A DNA stretch of 64,000 bases from a virus (Duplodnaviria > Caudoviricetes): the IMG/VR virus record IMGVR_UViG_3300027782_000030, positions 128,001-192,000 of that record; one strand, given 5' to 3'. Shown here in pieces: positions 9,136-19,200 of the stretch. Numbering within the stretch: the first letter of the stretch is position 1; every line of letters begins with the position of its first letter. The notes beneath the pieces are model-generated. The model had not been told where the DNA came from and ran no database searches. It saw nothing but the letters and a program-made list of their open reading frames with translations. A program made the position numbers and the translations under genes.

Positions 9136-11385
9136 TTGGATTTTAACCTAACGTCATTAGCAGTAGATAAGTTAGTTCCTAAAGAACGGCCTACAGAAGA
9201 TATTGCCGATGCCCGACATCGTAATATGATGGAGGCTATAGCGCCCTATGCAAAGAAAACAGAACAAAAAAATCTAACACCTGTATATGTTAATTATAAA
9301 ACCCGCAATACTAAATTAGTATTGGTATTATGTCCTGAATGGAGTCCGTATATGCCGCCCTTTAGTCTAGCTAGACTAAGTGGTATAGCAAAAAGTGCAG
9401 GATATGAAACTACTATTATGGATTTGAATGTTAGAGCCTATAACGAATATCGTAACGATTGGCAACCTAATAAAAAACTCCCATTCAGACTATGGGATCC
9501 TAGTAGCAGTTGGCACTGGCTAGGCGAGACTTATATGAATGATATTCATCCCGTATTAGAGCCTGTACTTAGTAAAGCAATAGATGATATAGTTGAACTA
9601 AATCCTGAAGTAGTTGGCTTTAGTATATATTATATTAGTGAAGAGCCAACTAAGTGGATGTGTAAAGAACTCAAACGTAGACTGCCCAATGTAAAAATTG
9701 CAGTAGGTGGACCCAACGTACACAAGAGTTGGTTTAAAGTAGAACCATATTATGATTATGCAGTTGTGGGTGAAGGTGAGGCAAACTTATTAGTATTACT
9801 TGAAGAAGTAGAAAACGGTATCAACCACAGTGAACCTAAGATTCTAGATCAACCCGAAGAGCAGCGTATCAACATAAATGGCTTGCCTATGCCAGACTAT
9901 GAGTCTATAGATTTTAGTCAATATGAATTGCCTAACGGAGTAAACACAGAAATTAGTAGGGGCTGTACAGCAAAATGTACTTTTTGCGAAGAGACACATT
10001 TTTGGCGATATCGTCAGCGTCAATCTGTTGATTTGATTACGGAAATCGAATGGCTATACTATAATAAGGGTACAGATGTTGTTTGGTTCATTGATAGTTT
10101 AGTCAATGGCAACTTAAAAGAGTTGAGGGCTTTTGTCAAAGGAGTCGCCGCTAAAGGTCTTAAGATTAAGTGGACAGGATATGCCCGCTGTGACGGCCGA
10201 ATGGATCTAGAATACATGAAAGATTTAGCTGCCGGTGGTTGTATCATGTTTAACTATGGGATAGAATCCGGTAGTCAAAAAGTATTGGACGATATGGCTA
10301 AAGGCGTCACGATTGCAGAGATGGAACAAAACTTCATCGATGGTAAAAAGGTGGGTATATGGGCTGCTACAAACTGGATTGTAGGATTCCCCACTGAAAA
10401 TTTTCAAGACTATGCCGATAGCATGACACTACTATGGCGTATGCGTAATAATAATATTAATAACGCCGGCTTGGGAGTAGGTTATGGCTTGGGCCCAGAA
10501 ACTATAGTAGGTCAAAACCCGCATAAATTTAATATTAGTTGGCACAAGTATCAAGGACATTGGATTACAAAAGACTTGACAATGGGTGGAACTCATGTAA
10601 TGACTAGAGTAAAAACTTTTCACATGTTTGCCGATTTTATACAGGGGTGTAGTGAAGTCCCGATTAGTTATCCAGTGAGACACGGTTTAGCAAGAGAACA
10701 TTATAAAATAGAATTGAATGATCCTAAGTGTATCAAAGAAATTGAATATGAAAAATTTGATTATAATATTATTAAAGTAGATATTAATCCATTTGCTAAT
10801 ACATTAGTAAATGAAATGTGGCCATTCTTTCGAATGCTTTGGAAAACTAGAGGTGGATATAAAGCTGTAGTGAAATTTCATCCTGACATTGATTTAAAAG
10901 AGTTTGGCAGTCAGTTTGGACCCGGCATGTATTATGCTACTTATAAGTTTGATATCACGGATGACGGCAAGTGGGATGCCGATTTTGATATTATTTTTAA
11001 TCAAGTAGATAATATATTTGACGATAGAGAACGTCCGCCTCTAGGTAGAAAAGGTCCTTTTTACGCACAAGACTATAGTAGAATTCAAGCTAATACAGCC
11101 AAACGTGCCCGTAAATTAGCAAAGCCAACATGGAGCGATGAAGAAGGTAGAGATGGACAAGATTTTACAGACTTGTTAAATGAAGAACAAATGTTAAATG
11201 AAACTATTGACTTCTCATTTAAGCTACATTGGGTTGAGTCAGGTGATTGGGGCAACTATGCCGACTATGAAGTTAAAGTTTCTAATACTACTATCGTTGT
11301 GATTCCTGAAAAGAAAGCAATGTCGGCTACAGAATTTGCTACAATTGACGTAACATCTATTAAAAAACGTGAACCCAATACTTGA
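9136..11385 (+). CDS. Cobalamin-binding radical SAM enzyme (class B methylase-like) with a long C-terminal extension
   Basis: PPFSLARL, GGPNV, VVGEGE, SRGCTAKCTFC (CxxxCxxC), GIESGSQKVL and IVGFPTE. Confidence 0.85.
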   Translation: MDFNLTSLAVDKLVPKERPTEDIADARHRNMMEAIAPYAKKTEQKNLTPVYVNYKTRNTKLVLVLCPEWSPYMPPFSLARLSGIAKSAGYETTIMDLNVRAYNEYRNDWQPNKKLPFRLWDPSSSWHWLGETYMNDIHPVLEPVLSKAIDDIVELNPEVVGFSIYYISEEPTKWMCKELKRRLPNVKIAVGGPNVHKSWFKVEPYYDYAVVGEGEANLLVLLEEVENGINHSEPKILDQPEEQRININGLPMPDYESIDFSQYELPNGVNTEISRGCTAKCTFCEETHFWRYRQRQSVDLITEIEWLYYNKGTDVVWFIDSLVNGNLKELRAFVKGVAAKGLKIKWTGYARCDGRMDLEYMKDLAAGGCIMFNYGIESGSQKVLDDMAKGVTIAEMEQNFIDGKKVGIWAATNWIVGFPTENFQDYADSMTLLWRMRNNNINNAGLGVGYGLGPETIVGQNPHKFNISWHKYQGHWITKDLTMGGTHVMTRVKTFHMFADFIQGCSEVPISYPVRHGLAREHYKIELNDPKCIKEIEYEKFDYNIIKVDINPFANTLVNEMWPFFRMLWKTRGGYKAVVKFHPDIDLKEFGSQFGPGMYYATYKFDITDDGKWDADFDIIFNQVDNIFDDRERPPLGRKGPFYAQDYSRIQANTAKRARKLAKPTWSDEEGRDGQDFTDLLNEEQMLNETIDFSFKLHWVESGDWGNYADYEVKVSNTTIVVIPEKKAMSATEFATIDVTSIKKREPNT

Positions 11386-11953
11386 GTTTGAAACGGTTAT
11401 AAAAGAATATTATAACAGCCCATATGCGGTTACAACTGATTGTTGTACCCACGCTATTGAACTATGTATTAGGTTATTAAAGCCAACTGAGGTATCATGT
11501 CCAAAACACACCTACCTAAGTGTTCCAATGACATTTGAAAAATTAAATCTAGATTGGAGATTTAAAAATTTTAAATGGAATGATTATTATTATATAACTA
11601 ATAATATTATTGATGCGGCAGTATATTGGAAGCCCGATGGATATATCCCTAATACATATATGTGCTTGTCATTTCAATTTAAAAAGCATTTAAATGTGGG
11701 TAGAGGTGGCATGATATTAACCGACGATTATGAATCTTATAAAAAATTAAAAAAGATGAGTTATGATGGTAGGCTTCCCGATATTGCATGGGCTGAACAA
11801 GACGTAGACACATTGGGTTATCATTATTATATGACACCTGAAACTGCTGAGTTGGGTTTAGATAGATTTCACGAAGTAAAGGACATTGAACCTAGACAAT
11901 GGTCTTGGAAAGACTATCCCGACTTAACAACAATGAGTGTATTCAAATGCTAA
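11369..11953 (+). CDS. Compact DegT/DnrJ/EryC1/StrS-family PLP aminotransferase
   Basis: CTHAIEL, IIDAA, SFQFKKHL (PLP Lys), GRGGMILTDD and GYHYYM. Only 194 aa. Confidence 0.75.
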   Translation: MNPILEFETVIKEYYNSPYAVTTDCCTHAIELCIRLLKPTEVSCPKHTYLSVPMTFEKLNLDWRFKNFKWNDYYYITNNIIDAAVYWKPDGYIPNTYMCLSFQFKKHLNVGRGGMILTDDYESYKKLKKMSYDGRLPDIAWAEQDVDTLGYHYYMTPETAELGLDRFHEVKDIEPRQWSWKDYPDLTTMSVFKC

Positions 11954-12909
11954 GTAAAAACGAGTGGGATCCACTTAAAACCGTGATTGTTGGTATAGCA
12001 GATAATGCTACTAGACCAATTATATCTACAAGCGTTAGGACTGTTAACTATGCTGATGTAAAAGATGTGAGTACGATTGAATGTGGTCCATATCCTGTAC
12101 AAGTCATAGAAGAAGCGAATCAGGATTTAGAAACACTAAGTGATTTTCTTAAGAAAGAAAACATTAAGGTATTACGCCCTGAAGCAAATCATCCTAGGTA
12201 TTATAACTATTGCCCAAGAGATACGGTATTAATACATGATGAATTAGTATTGGCTACACCAACTGCACTAAGTGAACGACGCCATGAATGGACTAGTTCT
12301 GCGAAGCATTTAAATATAGTTACAGTAGCACCTATACCAAATGATGATATAATTTATAATACTGAATGTATAGGTAATCCTGATATTTTAGCATTAAATG
12401 AAATAGATCCTTGTTTTGATGCTGCTAATATTATTAGAGCAAATGAAGACCTTTATTATCTAGTTAGTAATACTGGTAATAAAAAAGGTGCAGAATACTT
12501 AAGGTCATTGGGCAAAACTGTACATACTATTGAAAACGTATATAGTTATATTCATATTGATAGTACTATTGCATTTTTGCGTGAGGGTTTAATGTTGTTA
12601 AACCCAAAAAGAATTACGAATGTCAAAGAACAATTACCCAAATCATTGCATAATTGGGATATAATATGGGCTACTGAGCCAATAGATATTGGACATTACC
12701 CCGGTATATGCAATGCTAGTGTTTGGATAAATGTAAATTTGTTATCTATCAATCCTAACTTAGTAGTTCTAGAAGAACACCAACACAATTTACGAATAGA
12801 ATTAGAAAAATACGGTATTGAATCAGCAATGTTACCAATGCGTCATGCTAGAACATTAGGTGGTTGTTTTCACTGTGTGACATTAGATTTAGTTAGAGAT
12901 GATAAATGA
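11947..12909 (+). CDS. Amidinotransferase (AGAT/StrB1-like)
   Basis: NEWDPLK, YCPRD, FDAAN, HIDST and GGCFHCVTLD. The ATG at 11947 overlaps the upstream stop. Confidence 0.85.
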   Translation: MLSKNEWDPLKTVIVGIADNATRPIISTSVRTVNYADVKDVSTIECGPYPVQVIEEANQDLETLSDFLKKENIKVLRPEANHPRYYNYCPRDTVLIHDELVLATPTALSERRHEWTSSAKHLNIVTVAPIPNDDIIYNTECIGNPDILALNEIDPCFDAANIIRANEDLYYLVSNTGNKKGAEYLRSLGKTVHTIENVYSYIHIDSTIAFLREGLMLLNPKRITNVKEQLPKSLHNWDIIWATEPIDIGHYPGICNASVWINVNLLSINPNLVVLEEHQHNLRIELEKYGIESAMLPMRHARTLGGCFHCVTLDLVRDDK

Positions 12910-14627
12910 GTAAATGGCGTCGAGGACATGTTGGTAGATTTTGGTATACTGAAGAGGTTAAAAATCTTAATTATACTAAACAACCTATAACTCAAGATGA
13001 AGTTGACCAATGGGTATCTAAAGGTTATGATTACGTAAAGAGCTTTACGGGCAGCATGTATGATAATAAAAACCCAATGCCTGAATTTATTAATAGACTT
13101 AAAGATATCTTTTACAACTATAAAAATCTTACGTTTACTTTTTATAAAATGAGTACATTGGAAATTATGCCTGAGCATTCTGATCACTATAATACATATA
13201 TGAAATTATATGGGGCAGATTACAAAAATGTACACCGCATCTTATTAATGTTAGAAGATTGGAAACCCGGGCATTACTTGGAAATAGATGGCACTGGTAT
13301 TATTAATTGGGTAGCAGGTGATTACTTTATTTGGGAAAATGATTGCAAACATGCTGCTGCTAATATAGGTGTAGAAGATAGATATACTTTACAGATTACG
13401 GCTGAAATACTTAGCGACAACTCAACTGACTATAAACTACATTGGTATAATATTCCTGATAGAGAATCAAAAACCGAATCATCTCAATACTATATGAATA
13501 GGGTACTAAACGGAGTAACTGATAATATAAGAAATGAACCATTGTATATTTACATGCTTAATCAACAAATTGTTGAACTAGAAACAATAATACATGATCA
13601 AAGTACAGTACAGTATTTAAATGAAAAGGGTATTACATTTTATCTAACAGAACCATTATGCGGCTATACAAGATTACCTAGGAAACATACACTATCAATT
13701 TATTCAGAATTTAAAGGTGATGAAGATTCTTCTGCTTTACGGGCAGACGAGTTAGATAGCATTAAAGAATATGTTATCAGAAATAAATTAACTAATGTTA
13801 ATGTTTATACATGTGATTATGACGCTAAAACATATTATCCTTACTATAAATCTTTTATGAATATAGAAACAGATGATTTGTTTATTAGAACCATACCACA
13901 AAAAACAGTATTCCATACCAATGTCAAAGCTGCTTTTAATAAAAAATTTATTTGTTTAAATTGGAGATTTACTCCTCATAGGCAATTATTAGCCGCATAC
14001 TTGTCTCAAAAATCTAGCACTATTAGTTGGTATTTTAGGGGAGATTTGCCTGTTGTAGGGCACTATAATTGGATTAGTATTTTTTCACTTAGAGACCCTA
14101 AATATTTTAATACTTTAATAGATGGCATCACATATCTAAATGCTAACGCACCTCTGAGTGTTGACTTACCTGATGTAGAATCTATCTCTTTATATGATAC
14201 TGCTCATGGCGAATTTATTCCTAATAGTCAAATACTGAATAATAGTTCCAATGAGATAATAGAAAATGCTTATTTGAATGTGTTTTGTGATATAGTTACT
14301 GAGTCTAGATTCGCTCAGCCAACTGGTAACTTTAGCGAAAAGGTATTTCACCCTATATGGTATAAAAAGCCTTTCGTATTGGCAGCGCCTCCTCATACAC
14401 TAAAATATTTAAAAGAAGAAGGGTATAAAACCTTCAATGAATTTTGGGATGAAAGTTATGATGACTGTGAAAATCATGAAGAAAGATTAATGAAAATATT
14501 TGATGTAATAGATTTCATTGATAGTAAATCTATAGACGAATTGCGTGAAATGTATGAGCAAATGAAGCCAATACTAAAACATAATTATGATTTAATAAAG
14601 CAAAAACTGCCCACAGTAGAAAAGTAA
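12906..14627 (+). CDS. 2OG-Fe(II) oxygenase/cupin (Asp/Asn hydroxylase-like) fused to a glycosyltransferase-like domain (paralog 4)
   Basis: N-terminal MPEHSDHY (HxD) and HAAAN. C-terminal KKFICLN..HR, DIVTES, SEKVF..KPF and WDESYD. Confidence 0.7.
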   Translation: MSKWRRGHVGRFWYTEEVKNLNYTKQPITQDEVDQWVSKGYDYVKSFTGSMYDNKNPMPEFINRLKDIFYNYKNLTFTFYKMSTLEIMPEHSDHYNTYMKLYGADYKNVHRILLMLEDWKPGHYLEIDGTGIINWVAGDYFIWENDCKHAAANIGVEDRYTLQITAEILSDNSTDYKLHWYNIPDRESKTESSQYYMNRVLNGVTDNIRNEPLYIYMLNQQIVELETIIHDQSTVQYLNEKGITFYLTEPLCGYTRLPRKHTLSIYSEFKGDEDSSALRADELDSIKEYVIRNKLTNVNVYTCDYDAKTYYPYYKSFMNIETDDLFIRTIPQKTVFHTNVKAAFNKKFICLNWRFTPHRQLLAAYLSQKSSTISWYFRGDLPVVGHYNWISIFSLRDPKYFNTLIDGITYLNANAPLSVDLPDVESISLYDTAHGEFIPNSQILNNSSNEIIENAYLNVFCDIVTESRFAQPTGNFSEKVFHPIWYKKPFVLAAPPHTLKYLKEEGYKTFNEFWDESYDDCENHEERLMKIFDVIDFIDSKSIDELREMYEQMKPILKHNYDLIKQKLPTVEK

Positions 14628-14648
14628 ATACTTATAAGGAGCACATTT

Positions 14649-14747
14649 ATGTTTATATTTAAATGGATTAAGAATATTATCCGAGAATACAAATACCGTA
14701 AAAGAATTAAAGAATTACGCAAACGGGATCCTTTCATATACAAATGA
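14649..14747 (+). CDS. 32-aa basic peptide, missed by the ORF track
   Basis: MFIFKWIKNIIREYKYRKRIKELRKRDPFIYK. AGGAG SD and a TAAATA motif lie upstream, and the stop overlaps the next ATG. Confidence 0.7.
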   Translation: MFIFKWIKNIIREYKYRKRIKELRKRDPFIYK

Positions 14748-16225
14748 ACTATGTAGGCATATCAGCAGGGTTTCATGACGCTGCAATCAGTGTAATAGAC
14801 AATGCAGGCAACCTATTATTTGCTGGGCATAGTGAACGTTATAGTAAGAAAAAACACGATAAAGACTTATGTGAAGAATTATTAGCCGACGCATTAAGTT
14901 ACTGTAATTCAGAATCATTAGAGTATCACTACTACGAAAGACCTTGGTTGAAAGCACTTAGACAGGTGCGTAGTGGTGAGGGTTTTGTTTGGCCAAGTTG
15001 GAAAAACTTATTAGGTCCCATCTATAATCAAATGGGTAAACCAAAGATACATGTACATGGTCATCATCTATGCCATGCAGCAGCAGGATTTCAAACCAGT
15101 CCTTATAGTGACGCCACAGTTGTAATAATTGACGCTATAGGTGAGTTTGACACTATGACGATTTGGGATGCTAGATATGACCTTATAACTGGCAAGGCTA
15201 CCTATGAGAAACTATGGAGTATGCAATATCCAAACAGTGTTGGATTATTTTATTCAGCAATGACTGAGCGAGTCGGGTTGCGTCCACTAGATGAAGAATA
15301 TATTCTTATGGGCATGGCTGCATATGGTCATCCTCATCATGTTGATGATATGTTTGATGCGTTAATAGATGATGATGACATATTGACCTTTAAGCAGAAT
15401 TTACATGTTGGGGTAAGTAAAGAATTTTTGAAAAACGCCAAAGATACAGACATTGCCAGCAGTAGTCAAAATATAGTAGAATATATGATTACTCTAGTTG
15501 TTAGTAAGGCCAAAAGTCTAGGTAGAAGTAGAAATCTAGTCTACGGTGGTGGGGTGGCATTGAATTGTTTAGCAAATAGATTATTAGGAAATATATATGA
15601 AAATATTTGGATTATGCCGAACCCTGGTGATGCAGGTAATAGCCTTGGTGCAGCATGTCTTGGCTATGGCACTAAACTTAATTGGAGTAATGCTTTTCTT
15701 GGGCATGATATTACTGGGGATTATCCTGTTCATCGGTTACTTGATGTTCTACTTACTGATCGGATGGTTGGTGTTGCGTCCGGTAGGGCAGAATTCGGAC
15801 CGCGGGCCTTAGGTAATCGTAGTCTGTTGGCAGATCCTCGCGGAGATGATATCAAAGACAGAGTAAATGAGATTAAGCGTAGACAAAAGTTTAGACCATT
15901 TGCTCCTATTATTCTTGAGGAATATGTGCATGATTATTTTGACATGCCAAGGTCTTGGAAAAATAGTAGATACATGCAAGTAATTGCTAACTGTAAATTT
16001 CCTGATCGGTTTCCTGCTATCGCTCATGCCGACAAAACTAGCAGAGTACAAACTGTACCAAAAGATGGCTCGGGTATTAGAGAGTTATTAGAGAAATGGT
16101 ATGTAATAACCGAATGTCCTATGTTGTTGAATACTAGTCTAAACATTCGTGGCGAGCCAATGGTCAATGACAGGGCCGATGCTGACAGATTTGAAAAACT
16201 GTATGGGGTTAAAGTTCTGTCATAA
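14744..16225 (+). CDS. Carbamoyltransferase (NodU/CmcH/TobZ family)
   Basis: FHDAA, HHLCHAA, DAIGE, GGVALN, GRAEFGPRALGNRS, FRPFAP and LNTSLN. Confidence 0.92.
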   Translation: MNYVGISAGFHDAAISVIDNAGNLLFAGHSERYSKKKHDKDLCEELLADALSYCNSESLEYHYYERPWLKALRQVRSGEGFVWPSWKNLLGPIYNQMGKPKIHVHGHHLCHAAAGFQTSPYSDATVVIIDAIGEFDTMTIWDARYDLITGKATYEKLWSMQYPNSVGLFYSAMTERVGLRPLDEEYILMGMAAYGHPHHVDDMFDALIDDDDILTFKQNLHVGVSKEFLKNAKDTDIASSSQNIVEYMITLVVSKAKSLGRSRNLVYGGGVALNCLANRLLGNIYENIWIMPNPGDAGNSLGAACLGYGTKLNWSNAFLGHDITGDYPVHRLLDVLLTDRMVGVASGRAEFGPRALGNRSLLADPRGDDIKDRVNEIKRRQKFRPFAPIILEEYVHDYFDMPRSWKNSRYMQVIANCKFPDRFPAIAHADKTSRVQTVPKDGSGIRELLEKWYVITECPMLLNTSLNIRGEPMVNDRADADRFEKLYGVKVLS

Positions 16226-16236
16226 GTAACTACATC

Positions 16237-19200
16237 ATGAGAGATGTATTTTATTACGGTAAAAAACCCAACGTTCACCCAAAAGAAAAATTTGCGACTT
16301 CAATAGAAGATGCCAGGAGTCAATGTACCACTGAACATTTTTGGATAATCAATGAATACTGTGATTATCGCAATCTAGATTGGGACTTTGATTTTGAATT
16401 CTTACCCGATGAAGATGTATGGGCAGAAGACCATAACAATGTATGGCCCAGCCAACATCAAAAAGACAGTGGCACTTGGCTATGTCCAAAGAAAAACAGT
16501 GATATAATTATCTATCGTGCTGATGTTGACCCTGTTATTCGTAAGAATATAAAGAATGACAATTGGGTAATATTATATGAAATTGATGAAATTAACTTTG
16601 ATTTTAGTTGGCATCCTGATCCAACTGATCCTTCCTATACTTATGTATGGGGTAACCAATGGCACTCTGGTAAGATTATGCCTACGGTTAAATATTCCGT
16701 ACTTGGTTCGTTAGAAGTAAAATATATTGAAAATAATATTGCGATATTAGCACAATTGCCTGAAAACTTTGATATTTTTGAAGAAGTTGAGAATTTTGAT
16801 TTTAGTTGGCATCCTAATCCAACTAGTCCTCCTTACATATATGTTTGGGGTAATCAATGGAATATCCCTCAGGACAAAATATCTATTCAATATAAAGTTG
16901 ATGGTGCGACCGAACATAATTATATGGCCGAACGTGCGATTCGTAAACCATGTACAGGTAATTGGATAATACCTGATAATGTTGATACAATTGGGTTTGA
17001 CTTTAGTTGGGAACCTAGCCCAGCGGATCAACCTTATATTTACCAATTTGGCACTCAGTGGCAAAAGACAGGTGGTCCACAATATTTAACACCAGGCGTA
17101 CATAAAAATAGTGACATTAAGTATATTGATTTGCAAAAAGTAAAAATATTGCCTAATAAAGATAACTTTATTATCTTAGACAATATTATTGTAGATGATT
17201 TTGATTATAGTTGGCATTCTGATGAAACAGAAGAACCATACATATACGTATTTGGTAATAATTTATATGCGGCTGAAATTATGCCAACTATCCAGTACGT
17301 ACCTAAAAACGCAGTTAGATTAACATCAGGTAAACCAATTGAACAAATAAAATATGTCAATGACTTAGTTGCTAAATTAGGAGAGAATAGAAATAATTGG
17401 GTTATTCATCAGCCAATAGATGAAATTAAATTTGATTTTAGTTGGGTGCCTAATCCTAAAGATCCCCCTTACATATATGTTTGGGGTAACAAATATATTT
17501 CAAACATATATAAACCAACGGTTGAATATATAGTTGAAGGTGCAACTGAAATAAAATACATGGATGACAGTGTTGCTGTATTACCCGAGCTTGATCGATG
17601 GTATATACCAAATAATATTGATGATACTGGTTTTGATTACACATGGAGACCTGATCCATTAGAACCTGTATTAATTTGGCAATTTGGCACTCAGTGGCAG
17701 AAGACAGGTGGACCTAGATATACCATGCCTAGCGCTATTGAAATCAAATATATTGACAGTCAAAAAGTAAAAGCACTGCCTAACAAAAATTGGACTATAC
17801 CTAAAAATATTGATGTATCTGAATTTGATTTTAGTTGGCACCCAGATGACACTTCACCTTCTTACATATATAGATTTCCTACACAGTGGGCAATGAGTGG
17901 TGGTCCAATTTACACTGTAGTTGGAGCAACAGAAGTAAAGTATATAGATATCTTTAGGGCTAAAGCGCTACCTAATACAGACAATTGGGAATTCGATTCT
18001 AACAATATTGATTCGTCTATCTTTGATTTTAGTTGGCACCCATATGCTGAAGATGAGCCTTTCATATATCAATTTGGTACTCAATGGCAAAAGACAGGTG
18101 GTCCTAGATATTTAACTCCAGGAGTTCATAAAAATAGTCCTGTAAAATATATTGATACACGAATTATAAAAGCAAAAAGATTGCCGAACAAAAATAATTT
18201 TGTTATTTTAGATGACAATGTTATATCTGATTTTGATTATAGTTGGCATCATGATGATACTGAAGAACTTTTTATATATGTATTTGGTAACAATTTATAT
18301 TCTGCTGAAATTATGCCAACTATCCAGTACGTACCTAAAAACGCAGTTAGATTAACATCAGGTAAACCAATTGAACAAATAAAATATGTTAATGACTTAG
18401 TTGCCAAGTTAGGAGAAAATAGAAATAATTGGGTAATATATCAACCAATAGATGAATCTAAATTTGATTTTAGCTGGGTCCCCAATCCCAAAGACCCAGC
18501 TTACATATACTGTTGGGGTAACAAATTTATTTCCAATGTATATAAACCAACCATTGAATATATAGTTGAAGGTGCAACTGAAATCAAATACATGGATGAC
18601 AATGTTGTAGTAGTACCTGAAAGCGATCGGTGGTATATACCAAGTAATATTGATGATACTGGCTTTGACTATACATGGAGACCTAATCCATTAGAACCTG
18701 ATTTAATTTGGCAGTTTGGTACTCAATGGCAAAAAACCGGCGGCCCAAGATATATTATGCCCGGTGCTATTGAAGTCAAATATATTGACAGTCAAAAAGT
18801 AAAAGCACTTTCTAATAAAAATTGGACTATACCTGAAAATATAGATGTGTCTGAATTTGATTTTAGTTGGCATCCAGATGATACAAGTCCACCGTATATT
18901 TATAGATTCCCAACTCAATGGGCAATAAGCGGCGGACCTAATTATATAGTTGAAGGTGCTACTGAAATAAAATATATTGATAAGCTTAAGGCTAAAGCAC
19001 TTCCTTGTAAAGATTATTGGGATTTTAATTCTGCTATAGTTGATGAAAATAGTTTTGATTTTAGTTGGCATCCATATGCAGAAGACGAGCCTTTTATATA
19101 TCAATTTGGAACACAATGGCAGAAAACAGGTGGTCCTAGATATTTAACTCCAGGTGTTCATAAAAACAGTCCCATAAAATATATCGATACACGAATTATT

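Noticed and set aside
9136-16225. Saxitoxin or aminoglycoside antibiotic biosynthesis cluster
   Set aside because: The tailoring families overlap, but core scaffold enzymes (SxtA-type PKS, 2-deoxy-scyllo-inosose synthase) are not in the window, and the context is nucleotide-sugar and GT-like.
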